This document shows, piece after piece, positions 25,350-37,190 of a stretch of DNA of 64,000 nt (the first letter of the stretch is position 1; each line of letters starts with the position of its first letter). Under the pieces are notes generated by a model. It worked only from the letters and a program-made list of their open reading frames with translations. It was not told the origin of the DNA and did no database searches. The stretch covers positions 868,001 to 932,000 of the forward strand of contig MU053472.1 in NCBI GenBank assembly GCA_013239625.1, given 5' to 3'. The position numbers and the translations under genes are program-made. Source of the DNA: Lama guanicoe. Taxonomy: Eukaryota.

Positions 25350-25471
25350 ATTTTTAGGTGGGGGAGGTACTTAGGTTTATTTATTTATTTTTTAATGGAG
25401 ATGCTGAGGGTTGAGCCCAGGACCTCATGCATGCGAAGCACACACGCTACCACTGAGCTCTACCCTCTCCC
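25350..25471 (-). mobile_element. vic-1-type tRNA-Ala-derived SINE
   Basis: Minus strand reads GGGAGAGGGTAGAGCTCAGTGGTAGCGTGTGTGCTTCGCATGCATGAGGTCCTGGGCTCAACCC...AAATAAATAAACCTAAGTACCTCCCC. Confidence 0.8.
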
Positions 25472-25646
25472 TTTTTTTTTTTTTAAATGGAAGGATTCAC
25501 CTCAAACTCATAATAATGGTTCCTTCTTGGGGAAAGGGTATAGAACAGAGAATGGCAGATAGGGTTTTAACTATACCTGCAATGTGTAATTCACTTAAAA
25601 TAAAACAAAAGCAAACAAGTATCACAAAATAGTAACTTTACTAAAT

Positions 25647-26222
25647 GTATCAGTCAGGGTCGAGTCCGGAGACAGGAACCACACAGAGAACGTTTAATAC
25701 GAAAAATTATTAACTAGTGAAAGGTGGCGAACTACTAAGAGGGGTGAAAGAGACCTGTAAAGGGAAAATCTGGGGAGCAGCTACGTCATCTTGGGCTAAG
25801 AGAGAGAATCCAAGGAGGGAACACACTTGGAAGCAGGCCCCCCAACCCAAGACTGAGGTTCAGACCTGAGAGGGACCCCACAGACTTCACTGAGGGGCTT
25901 CAGCCAGAGCTGGCCAACAGGTGGCAACCAGGAAGCCACCTACAGGGTCAGTGTAACCTGCTGGAGAGGAGGCACCACTGGGTCTCCCGTGTGCTGCTGG
26001 CAGCTGCGTCATGGGAGCAAGAACTGCCCGCAGGAACCAGGAAGAGAAGCCCCTTCCTCTGCTATGCCTTGCAGGGCTCCTCCAGTGCCCTCTACTCACA
26101 GAGCTGAACGTTGTGTCAGCTGACAAGGGAAAGTGTCTACTGGGCCCAGCTCCAGTATCACTAAGCAGGGCAAACAAGGTTGGCTTTGGAGGTGAGAGGC
26201 AAAATACACTGCTGACCCGCAC
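25647..26222 (-). mobile_element. ERVL-class solo LTR (subfamily uncertain, LTR41-like)
   Basis: Begins tgtatcagtcagggtcgagtccggagacaggaaccacac; internal ctccagtgccctctactcacagagctgaacgttgtgtcagctg. Confidence 0.55.
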
Positions 26223-26589
26223 ACTGATGATGGATGGTGGGAAGACAGATGTTGCTTATATTATTCCTTACGTATTTCTTTATAATTTAAGGATCTCAAA
26301 ATAAAAAATATTAAATGATTATAAGTTAAAGAATTTTTAAACAAAAATTTAAAGTTAACCAGTAATGGAATCAAAACTCCTTCCAAAACACTAGGGAAGA
26401 AAGGCAAAAGGGACAGTGGGGGTTAGAAGATCAGAATCTTTGAAGGAAGAATAAAAATTAACCAGGAGGTAAAATCAAGAGGCAATTGTTTTCACCAAAG
26501 AAATTATTTCTGTTTTATCTGTCAGTATGATCAAATCTTACAGTTAAATACAAAAAAAAAAAGTAAATGGATAAAAAAAAAAACAAACA

Positions 26590-26820
26590 TACCAGAGAGA
26601 TCTCACATATCCTTCATCCAGTGTCCCCCAATGGTAACATCCTGCACGACCACAGCACAGTATCACAGCCAGGAAACTGACATTGGTACAATCCACTGGC
26701 CCTATTCAGATTTCACCAGTTTTGTATGCATGTGTGTGTGTGTGTGTATTTGGTTCTATGCAGTTTTATCCCGTGTGTAGATTTGGAGACCCCTCCTGCT
26801 ACCCCTTTATAGCCACAGCC
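26590..26820 (-). mobile_element. L1MC4-like LINE-1 3' fragment
   Basis: cccaatggtaacatcctgc...ccaggaaactgacattggtacaatccac...tattcagatttcaccagtttt. Confidence 0.7.
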
Positions 26821-28199
26821 CTTAGTTATGTTTAAGGGCTCCTGTTTCAGAAGGACGTTTACCCCAAGGATCTCTTAAGGCTTCTTTCAAACACTCCAAT
26901 CTATCCAACCTTACTCCCCATTGTACCTTTATTTTCCCCCATATCTTAAAGATCCCTTAAAGAGTTGGACCAAGTAACAGGTGCATCAGAGAATTCCCTA
27001 GTCATCTCTATTAGAGTGTGTCCCCAATATTCCTGGAGACCTTTGGACTCGGGCAGGTCCCCTGTCTCAGCAAATTCCCCTGAGGGGCAGGCCACTCATG
27101 TCTTCAGACACACACTAAACCTACCATTCCTGTCTCTCTGGCACTGAAGAGGAATCATCATTCTTGTTACCTGATTAGAAGGGACGGTTGGCTCCTGAGA
27201 GCTGGATTTACCACCTGATTCGTGTAGTCAAGCCCTGGGCTCCTGGTGGTCAGCTTCACAGCCGAACCACCTTTCGCTCCCTGAGTGGGGCTCTTCCATG
27301 GAGCCTCAACTTCCAGTTCTGGATCAACCTCATAAGACAATACAGTGTTTGGGGTCACACCAAGGGAGCAGCTGACAGGACGAGGGACTCAGAACTCTCA
27401 CTGTGTTCTCATCAGGTAGATTCCTGTTCACTGAGGAGATACTCCATCAAAGATGCCTCTTCCTTTGTCGCCTGGAGATCCACTTCTCAGGTGTGTGCTG
27501 GGCGTGGGGTTGCCTTGCAGCTTCAATGGTACTGGTGATCTAATTTCTCTGAGCCTCAGTCTCCCCATCTGTAAAATAGGACCAATAAGCCCTCACGGGG
27601 CTCTCACTGGTGCTTAGGTGAGATCACCTCTGCAGCAGGCCCAGGGCCTTGATGCTAAGTGCTGGGTGAGAGGGGCTGTCGGCTGCCATCCTATTTGTCA
27701 TGCTTCCCCTGCACTCCTGAGTCACCTCCCTATGTGTCACTCCCCTGGGGCTGGCTTTGCCACCCTCATCCTTCCACATCTCCCCCTAGGTTACTTGCAC
27801 TACAGGTTGGGTCTCCTCCTCCCAAGGGTGGGAAGAGAAACCAAAACAGGTGGTGTGTAATCAGGGACTTAAAATGACTCAATGATCCCCCAGCTGCATC
27901 CCGTTTCCCAGGCCATCTAAGCCACTTCCAATTTTATAGGATTAACTTGCTTGCTCAGACTCCCAAAGAAAACCCAAGGTCTCTCCCTCTGTCTCTTTCA
28001 GGGCCCAGGACAGAATAACTCAGGGTTTCCCCAGGGAGAGTGGGAAGGATGGACAGTGGGAGGCAGGGCTCAGATCTCGCTTCTTTTCTTCCTTGGCCCC
28101 TCAACACTCCCGGTCTGGCCACTAGCGCCATGAAACCCGGCACCCCGGGGTGTCCCTGGGGTGGGTGTGGGCCCGACTGGCCCATCTCTCTTTACAGGG

Positions 28200-28790
28200 A
28201 GGCAGGATTTGGCTAACAAGAACCAGCTGTGTTGGTGGTGGATTTTTACTCAGCCCCCTCCCCTGCCCTTGCTCTGATAGCTGTGAGAAACTGATGACAA
28301 CCTGTTTAACCTCTGACCTCCGAACTTGACCCGCTGCTAATACCTCCAGCTGCTGATTGCCGGCCGAACCCTTTGTCTCGGGCTGTTTGGGAGCCAAGAC
28401 AGACAAATGATTTCTATTTGTCCTCTGGTGCCGCGAATGGAGCTGATCGATAGGAGCCGTGGATGGTGTCAAGGATTTGTCACCATGGCTTATGAATGAC
28501 AAAAAAATTCCTACCCCACCCCCACCCCACCCCCCACCTTTTCCCCTTCCCCAAAGAAACACCTTTTGGGGGAAAAAGACTGAAAGCCATAGAAGGCATA
28601 TCGATTTTTTTTTTTTTTTGCTTTCTTAAATAGCAGCTCAAGCCACAAAAGAGAGAAAGGCAACACTCTTCTGTGCTAAAATGCAGCAAAAAGCTTCCCA
28701 GAGAAAGAGGCTAGTGATTAGATCAGCTATTGTGTATAAGTACCACAGGCCGCCGCACACAACTGCTCAATTTTGTCTGCTGAAGGCTGC
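28200..28790. promoter_or_regulatory. Candidate non-coding regulatory element
   Basis: Unique sequence with retained CpGs, CAGCTG E-boxes, a nuclear-receptor half-site array (28307-28332), ctttgt and tgacaa motifs. Confidence 0.5.
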
Positions 28791-30009
28791 CCCGTCCCTC
28801 CCCCACTTCTCAGCATCCCCAACTCAAAGGAGGCTCCCAAGGAGAAGGCACTTTGCTGCTGCCTCCAGCTCGCCCCTTTCCCTCTTACTCTCCTCATTTC
28901 TTCCAGGTTGGTCATGGGCTGGGGCCCCTGGTATATGAATCTGAGCCCATAGCAGCCTCTCTTCATTTAGAGATTACCAGCAGCCCTTGAACTTGGATCC
29001 TTATTTGGGAAAGAGAAGGCAGAGGGTGGGGAAGTGCTAGCAGTGATGGAGGACACACGACTTGGGAAAGACCCTCCTCAGGCCTCCGTGCAGGGCTGGG
29101 GCCAGTTTCTGGGGTGTCTGGGGAGGCAGCCCATCCCTCTGGAGAGCCAGAGGCCCCACAGCAGGTGGGGAGTGGGGAGCCGCCTACCCCTCCCTTCAAC
29201 ATCTGATCATTCATTGCGAGCCTGCTCTGGATGAGTGCTGGGACCACAGGGTGAGTCAGAGCTGCCTGCTTCTCCTTAGGCTGGACCCACAGTGCAGACA
29301 AACCAACCATGACAGTGCAGGGAGATGAATGCTGGGGCGGTGGAAAGGGAGCAGGAAGCCCGCCCCCGGCTGGGGTGAGTGGTGATGGGACTGGGGTGGT
29401 TGGGGGCTGCTGAGAGGAGGGGACAGATCAGCAGTAGGAGAAAGTAGGCCACTGCATTCCAGTTGTGAAGACCAAGGACCTCAGAGCTGCTGGGGTGGAA
29501 TCTACAGGCAATTAGCGGCTGGGGGAGCCTCCAGTGGGGGTGGCTATTGCACTGACTCCGAGACTCAGTGTTCTCATCTGTGAAGTGGGCAGGGCAATGG
29601 GATCTGCCTCAGAGGGTGGCAGAGGGTGGGAAATGGGACAATCTGTGTCAAGTGTTGATACCGTCTTATGGCACGTGATGTTGTTGCTTGTGTCTGTATT
29701 GTTTTTGGCTGTTGTTTTTTGAAGACTTGCTTCCAATCTGGGTATTCCTCAGTCGGGTGGATTGAATAAGGGTAGGTGTAGATACCCTCTGCTTCCCACA
29801 CACCCTAACTTGAGCCAGGATCTGGGGAACCCAAATGGATGGGGCTCTGGCAGGATGAGGTCTCTGGTCAAGGTCAAAGTGTGACTCTGGAAGACACCAC
29901 AAGGCTTTCTCTCTGCAAGCACAGGCCCTGGGCACAGGCAGTAAGGGAGGTCTGCTCTTGGGTGGGGCTCAGACAGAGCAGCTACAAGGATGCAAGGGGA
30001 CTCAGACTC

Positions 30010-30500
30010 TCCCTCCTGACTGCTTGGACTATTGCAGTAGCTGCTTACCTGATCGCAGGCCTCTTGCATCTGTTGTCCATACCTTCATCAGAGTTATCAT
30101 TCCATCTCAAAATCTGATCATGACACTTGTCTGTTTAAATCCCTCCAGCATCTCCCCATTTATCCTCAAGATAAAGCCCAAACTCCTTACCCCGGCATTC
30201 AAGGCCCTCCCAGCCAAGGCTCCAACCTGTCATCTAGGTCTCCCCTGAAGCCCCCACATCATGCTATTCTGCAGTCACTTGCTTTTATACATCATATGGT
30301 CTCCCTACCAGGCCTTTGCTCAAGCTGGTCCCTCTGCCTGGAATGCCCCTTCATCTCCATTTTAGTAAGAATTTCCCTCTCTTTCTCCAAGTTCTCCTAT
30401 TTTCTTCCTCGATAGCACTGATAGCCCTTGATCAGATTGATTCTGCCCACTTCCGTCTCCTCCCTGGATTCGGGGCTCTGGAGGCCAGCAACCATGCACA
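30010..30500 (+). mobile_element. L2 LINE fragment
   Basis: ctggactattgcagtagc-like start; aaatctgatcatgacac...ataaagcccaaactcctt...ggcctttgctcaagctggtccctctgcctggaatgcc. Confidence 0.75.
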
Positions 30501-31214
30501 CGGTGCCAGAATCCTCCCACCACCTCATTGTGCACTGAGTGAAATAACTAGAAAGTGCCTGACGCTCGGAAGACACTGAGGAATTGGTGAGGGATGGTGG
30601 GACGGGAGTGTGGGGGCTGCACTCCGACAAACAAAAGATAATGGGAGGCAAAGGATTTTAGTCTTCTGATCGATCAAAATGGGAGGTTATTAAAGTCATG
30701 GTTGTTGCCATTGGTGACTCACAAAAGGTCGTTTAGTTTAAAATTTTTAAACACTGAAAATATGATAAACTCATTGTAGAAAATTCAAGCAATATGAAAA
30801 AGTATAAAAAAATATGAAAAAAGTATAAAAAAGGATTTCATATAAAATCCCTTTATACTGATAAGGACCATTTCTTCTACAAGAGCTAGAAAACCCAGCT
30901 CAGACTAGCTTAGGCATAAGGGGATTATTGGCTCCTAGGACTGAGGGGGCAGGGGTGGGGTTGGCTTCTGGTGATGCCCTCTGGACCTGGTCTCTCTCCT
31001 CTCCCTCTCTCTCATTGACTCCCTTCCCCGTCCGCCTCATCCTCTCTCATTCTGGCTCTCCCACATCCCTTGGCTCTCCTCCAGGCTGGCTTTCTGCACA
31101 GGCTTCCTCTTTGTGGTTCCAAGGTGGCTGTGGCTATTCCGTATCTCACATCTCTCAACTTTTGAGTCCAGCGGGGAAGAAAGGACGTCTGTGGCCAACC
31201 GCCTTTTCCACAGG

Positions 31215-31768
31215 AGCCCACACTATCTCCCGTCTCATGTGCTCTTCTGCAATGTGGCCTTGCTCTTCCCATCAACCAGAGGTGGAGTCTAGCTCCCCTC
31301 CCCTTGGATAGGAACTGGCTGTAGTGACGCTGTTGTAATCATTAGAATGTGATGGAGGTGACGCCAGCATGATTTTCCGAGGCTATGACAGAAGCAGCTT
31401 ATGCCTTCATCTCTCGAAATATTCTCCAGATTCTGCCTCTTGAAGACACTCCTCCTTGTAACCCGGCTGCCACGCAGTCAGAGCCCAAGCCACGGGAAGC
31501 CCAAGAGTAGGTGCTCCTGTTGACAGTTCCAGCCAAGCCCAGCCTTTGAGTCATCCCAGGTGTCAGACGTGTGAGTGAGAACTCTCCAGGTGGTTCCAGC
31601 CCCTGGCTGTTCTGGTCATCTCCAAGTTCCCAGCTGAGGCGCCAGATTTGGTGGATCAGAGATAAGCCATTTCCACTGTGCACTCTGCAAGTACCTAACA
31701 ACAGAATCTGTTATAAAATGATTATTTTACACCAATACGTTTTTGGAGGGCTTTGTTATGTAACACAA
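31215..31768 (+). mobile_element. MLT1 (MaLR) solo LTR, MLT1G/H-like
   Basis: cccatcaaccagaggtggagtct...gtcatcccaggtgtcagacgtgtgagtgag...cccagctgaggcgccaga...tttgttatgtaacac. Confidence 0.75.
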
Positions 31769-31959
31769 TCAGGAGCTCCAGAACAATCCACACTAGTTTG
31801 GGTCACCATGATCAATGCCCTCAAGTCTCTTCAAGGGGCACAGCCAGTCATTTAAACCCCGGGGTGAGTCAACTTCACCAGCGTGAGAAGAAGGGGTGAG
31901 TGTGGCAAGCCCGAAGGGCCACGCGGCACTGGCTACCCTAAGAAGGCACAAACCACAGA

Positions 31960-32750
31960 ACCCACTGTCCCTACCACCCAGAAACTGGTGAACACACTTC
32001 CAGATACCTTCCTGGGCCTCTGTACACATGTAGGTATAAAATTCAACACAGATAAAACATCCTCTACATATTTTGTAACTTTAAAAAATTTAATGCATCA
32101 TCGGACTCTTCTGATGTCAGTTCACACAGACGTGCATCAAGATTTTTAATGGCTGCATAAAATTCCACTCTACGAGGGAGCCATGATTGATTCAATCAAT
32201 TCTCTATTAAAGGATCATTAAGTCATTTCCTTTTTTTTTTTCTATTATAAATAGTGCTGAGATAAACACCACTGCACATACATCCTTGGGCACATCTTCC
32301 AATGTTTCCTTAGGATAAATTCCAAGAAGTCGAATTGCAGATTCCAAGGTTAGGCACATTTTTAAGGGTTGCCAAGGGTTTCTAAATTGCTTTCCAGAAA
32401 TGTAGCTTTTTACACTCCTGTTGTCCCATCAACACGGAACGAGGGTGGCCATTTCTCAACACCCTCACAGGAATATTTGCCAATTGGAAAAGCAAAAAAA
32501 AAATGATTCCTCATGGCTGCGTTAATTTGAATTTCTTTGATTACTAGTGAGGTCAGGCACATTCTCATATGCATATTGACAATTTCTACTTCTTTTATAA
32601 TATTGCTTGTTCAAGTCCTTTGACCAATTTTTTATTGCAGCGTCCATATATATAATTATTGATTTATAAAACTTTTTTGTATATTACAGGGTTAACCCTT
32701 TGTTGGTCCTATGTCTGCAAACATCTGTTGTTTGTCCTTTAAGTTCGTAT
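31960..32750 (-). mobile_element. Old LINE-1 (L1ME-like) fragment
   Basis: tttttaatggctgcataaaattcc...ttccttaggataaattccaagaagtcgaattgc...ttctttgattactagtgaggt...ttgttcaagtcctttgacc. Confidence 0.7.
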
Positions 32751-33371
32751 AGGGTGGCCACTCTTAAAGTAGATGAGCCAAACCCCCAAACAAGGCAGAG
32801 TAAAGCCGTCAAAGGGAGTTGGCACCTGGCGAGAGAGTTCATTTGAACCACTCTCGTCAGCGGGGATCAGCTGCTTAAAGAATCTAGGGCCGGGGAACTG
32901 GAAGGGCCAACAGAATTGACTATTCTGGAAGGAGGCTCAAATGCGCTCACTAGGAGGGGGCAGATGCCATCATGTCTTCCCAGCAATCCCAATGCTGATG
33001 TAGCAGATGAAGGTCAGACTAGAGGAGAGTGAGGCAAAGGAGACCAGGCGGCCAGGGACTCTGCCCTCCTCCATGGCAGCCCCATGTAAGTGCTGCTTCC
33101 CCAGGGCAGGACACCTCTGTCTGGTTGGTTCCTGCTCCAGGGGCCAGGTAGGAGCATGGGCCACCTTGGGAACAGTGTCAAAGGTAGGAGGCCCTTAGAG
33201 TCTACCAAGCTTGGAGAGGCATTTATAAGCAACCAGAGGAGCATGAAGGTGATTTAGCCCAGGGGGTCACAGAGAGAGTCAGGTCACTGCCAAGGAAACA
33301 GGACTAAGTGTTCAGTCTGGAGGGTGAGGCACGGAGCTTGGAGTGGACTCTGCCAAAACCCCCTTTGCTGC

Positions 33372-33746
33372 TGTGTTAGCTACTAATGGCTCTTAGCTGC
33401 TCCCACCTCTGGAGAATCACCCTTGGTGAATGGGAGCCTCCTGGGAGGTTATGCACGCCTGGGTAGCCCATAACCACTGAGTGACTGGCATGATGGGAGG
33501 AGGGGAGTGCAAAAGGCTGGCTTCCTTGCCTCGAGGAGTGACCAACTCAGGTGCAACTGCTGCCCAGAGCTCCCTGGGGGGTCAGGCTGATGCTGGGGTC
33601 CAGCTGAGACTGCATCCTTGCTTAGCTCCTTCCCCTGCCTAATTCTGCTTCTCTCATGCCCTTTCTCCTGAGATCACACCCCCAAGAAAGAACAGATACC
33701 CAAATCCTTGTCTCAGGCTCTGCTTCTAGGGACCCTGACCTAACAC
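33372..33746 (+). mobile_element. LTR16-type ERVL solo LTR
   Basis: cccagagctccctggggggtcaggctga...ccttgtctcaggctctgcttctagggaccctgacctaacaca. Confidence 0.75.
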
Positions 33747-33869
33747 AGAGCCTGAGCTACAAGTTCAGAAGTGAAATGGGATGAGATGAAAGGAGAGGGG
33801 TAGAAAGGAAAATTCAGAATCAAGGCTGGGCTTTCTGAATGACACTGAGGTTTGCTTTGCTGGGGGAGC

Positions 33870-34400
33870 TGGTGTAGAGGGGACATTGCTATTGGCGGCC
33901 AGCACTCATTGCTCCTTCTCAAAACCAAATCCCAAACTCCCTTTTGGACACTACTCCTTCCCCACCCCTAGGTGGTTTGATGGAACTGTACCACCCATAA
34001 CTCCAGGGATGGGCTCTGGATTAATTCAATCTTTGAGTCCCCCACCCTCACCTCCAGCCACAATGACTGATTCCAAGGTGGGCATATGAACCAATCAGAG
34101 CCAATGAAAGCTGGGGCTTCTGGGAAACAGAAGTGCCTTCCTTTCCACTGTAGTGCATTCTTATCCATCCTAGTACAACACAGCTATTTTTGCCACTTTA
34201 TGGAGCTGAAGAATGGAGACAACCACATGGAACCAAATTGAGAGATGACTTCCGGTGATGTCATCTGGGCCCTGAATCAAACTGCACCTGAAGCCAGATC
34301 CACACCTGAACTATTCCATTATGAGAACCGATAATTCCACTTGTTTTCTGACACTTACCAGTCTGAGAAAGGTTTTCTGTCACTTGCAACCAAGAGGCTT
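33870..34400 (+). mobile_element. MLT1K/L-like MaLR LTR
   Basis: tgactgattccaaggtgggcatatgaaccaatcagagccaatg...cacctgaagccagatcc...ttttctgtcacttgcaacc. Confidence 0.65.
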
Positions 34401-36029
34401 AACAGGCAGGCGTGGTGTGTGTTGCATGGTTAGCACACCCAGCAAGCCCACATGGTTAAAGCCGGAAGAGCACCCCCTCATCTGTCTTCCTTAGCTTCTA
34501 ACCTAGGTGGCCTGCTCCCTTCTGGGGTCTGCCATGTTCACCAGGGGATTTTGGCCAGAGTGAGGCCAGTCCAGACAAGCCCGCCACTGTTGTTACCATT
34601 CAGCTCCAGTGGCCAGTTCCTTCCATCTGGGTCTTCAGAGTCTCTCTGTCTCCCCTTCTTCCCCGCTCTGTTGGAGGGACCAAAAGGAGTCCATTCTAGG
34701 CAAGGAGAAAGCAAGGCCCTTTCAAAGCCAAAGCCATGTTACTTAGGTGGTGAGGGAGCTTCCTTCCTTAGGTGGGGAGGTTGGAGTGCTTCCTCACAGG
34801 GCCAGGACCCAGGAGGCAAGGGGTGCGCGGGAAAGATCATAGACTTTGGGGCTGGATGACCTTGGACTCCAGTCCTGGCGCTTCCTGGCAGTGTGGCCTG
34901 TTGTTTACTCTCTCCAGGCTTCAAGTTCTCCATCTGTCAAGTGTAAATAAGCACACATCACCCTTACAGGGGCCCTAGGGCATAGAGCAGATAAAGCCAC
35001 TGGCTGGGGTCCAGAATGGGCTTTCTGAAGGTGCACTGAGGTTGGTAGGGAGATCCTTTAATCTGACAGAGGCTAGGATAGGTCAGTTCCTGCAGGAATG
35101 CCAGGAATTTGGCCAAGGAACAGGCAGATTGGGGCCTGGTGCACCCCCGTCCCCAGCCAGCCCAGGGGCTCATGGTATCTGCAGGGGGAAGTTAACCAGT
35201 ACCCCCATGGGGATAGGAAAGTGGTCCAGGCAGGATCAGGCTGAGTCCCTCTTCACCCTACACCTAGGAGAGGCCAAAGTGACCACGGCCTCAGACAGAA
35301 GGCTCCCCGGGCGACTTCTGCTGCCAGAGTGCGGGAGGTCGCTTTCAGGCAGATCTCCTGCTCAAACACATTAGACAAGGCCCGCGGGGAATGTCCAGGG
35401 GAGCTCCCAAGGGAGGAAACTAGTGTCTACTGAGCACCCCCTGAGCCCCATCTTAACTGATGCTCACAGCAACCTGGGGAACAGAGATTATTCTCCCCAT
35501 TTTGCATATGAGGAAACTGAGTCCCTTTGCCCTTAAGTAGCTTGCTCAAGGCCAGCAGAGGGGTGCCAGAGCCTGGATTCCAGCACAGGTGGGCTGTGTT
35601 CCAATGCTGGGTTTCTGTCACCCAGCTGAGGCTGGGTGTGTGGTACAATGGTGTCCCTGTGATGCTCCTGGAGTGGGCATCTTACCAGTACTCTGCAGCC
35701 TCCTGGGATTCAGGCCTGACATGTGACATCTGGAACTGGCCTGGAGCCAACCAGGCTGAGCCCAAGAGACAGTCCTGGCTCAGCAGCTGGAGGAGAGAGA
35801 AAGAGGGGAGGGAGAGCTCACAGGGACTCCGGCAAGTTCCCCAAGCCCTGAGATCACATCTTGACCTCAGTACCAGCTCCACTGCTCCCTGGAGGCTGGG
35901 CCTTGGAGAGGGACTGGGAAGGGCACCTAGCCGTGGTGGGCGACAACGGGGCTGCCTCCTTCCAGGGACCGCTTCACAGGGCTCTCCCTCCGGATTCCCG
36001 AGTCAATAGGTTTGAACAAAAAGAAAAGC

Positions 36030-36255
36030 CAGAGCATGGAGTTACACAGATCTGGGTTCAAGTTCAGCTCTCCCATTTTCTACCTGTGCATCTACAAACC
36101 CATCACTTAATCTCTGAATCTCAGATTCTTCATTTCATAGGAAAAGTGGGAGTGGGGCCTACCTCCTGGCATCCTTGTGAGGACTGAATGGGGAAAAGCA
36201 TGTGAAAATCTTACCACCCTGCCTGGAACGTAGCGGGTGCTCAATAAATGTTTGT
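36030..36255 (+). mobile_element. MIR SINE (near full length)
   Basis: cagatctgggttcaag...tgtgaggactgaatg...gcctggaacgtagcgggtgctcaataaatg. Confidence 0.75.
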
Positions 36256-36324
36256 TCTTACTCTCCATGTGAAACTCTTGTTTGAAAATAAAATCTCAGC
36301 TAGCCATTGGTAGGACTAAATTAT

Positions 36325-36552
36325 AAATAATACCTAACATCTATTGAACATTAACTATGTGCCCGGCATTGTCCTAAATGCTTTACATCTGTTGTCTCAT
36401 TTAATCTGCAAAGAACACCAGGAAGCAGATACTGTTATTTCCATTTGACAGTAGGGAAACTGAGGCATGGATGTGAAGCAGCTTGCCCAAGTCATACAGC
36501 TAATATGTGGCAGAGGCAAGGTTTGAATCCTGGCACAGCCTGGCTCTGAGCC
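36325..36552 (-). mobile_element. MIR SINE (near full length)
   Basis: aacatctattgaac...ctcatttaatc...ggaaactgaggc...gcccaagtcatacagctaatatgtggcagaggcaaggtttgaatcc. Confidence 0.8.
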
Positions 36553-36814
36553 TCCATGGTGAGCAAGCCCCTCTACCACTCCCAGCCCAGCCCACTGTGG
36601 GCTCTAAACTCCCACCATGAGTGGCACAACTGCTGTGCTGGGGGCCAGAGGGACTAAATGAGATGCATCTTGAGGAGCTCATGGTCCATGGCAGGAGATA
36701 AAATGCACACAAACACAAGTCAAAAGGTGGGAGATATCACAAAAGAAAAACTGATTTGCAAGTTGAAAATGAGAAAGGTCAGAAAAAAAAGAAAAAAAAA
36801 TGGGAAAGGTCAAT

Positions 36815-37190
36815 GTTAGACCCTGAGCAGGAGGGCATTCCAGGTAAAGGGAAGAGCAAGGACAAAGGGGTGGGGGTGAGGGTCGGGGGAAGCCACTGTG
36901 AGGGTACAGGGTGCAGAACAGGGAGTTCCATGGCCAAGGTTAAAAGGGTAAGTTGGGGCCAGATGCTGAGAGCCTGCTTGAGGGTTTTGGGCTCTGCACT
37001 GCAGAGAGAGGGGCTTGAAGGAGTCTCCAGAAAGAAGTGACATGAGCAGGTTTGAGCTGTATAAATCCAGCTCTGCTGGAAGCAAGGAGGAGGCATGGGA
37101 CTGGATGGGGTAGGGGACAGAGGACAAGTTAGGAGGCAGCTGTAATGGCCCGGATGCATGCTGATGAGGGTTTGATAGGGAAAGTGATGC
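36815..37190 (-). mobile_element. L2 LINE fragment
   Basis: gggcattccaggtaaagggaagagcaaggacaaagg...aagtgacatgagcaggtttgagc...gttaggaggcagctgtaat. Confidence 0.7.

Noticed and set aside
30791..30832. ~20-bp tandem duplication aatatgaaaaagtataaaaa
   Set aside because: Ordinary slippage in an A-rich, probably repeat-derived tract.
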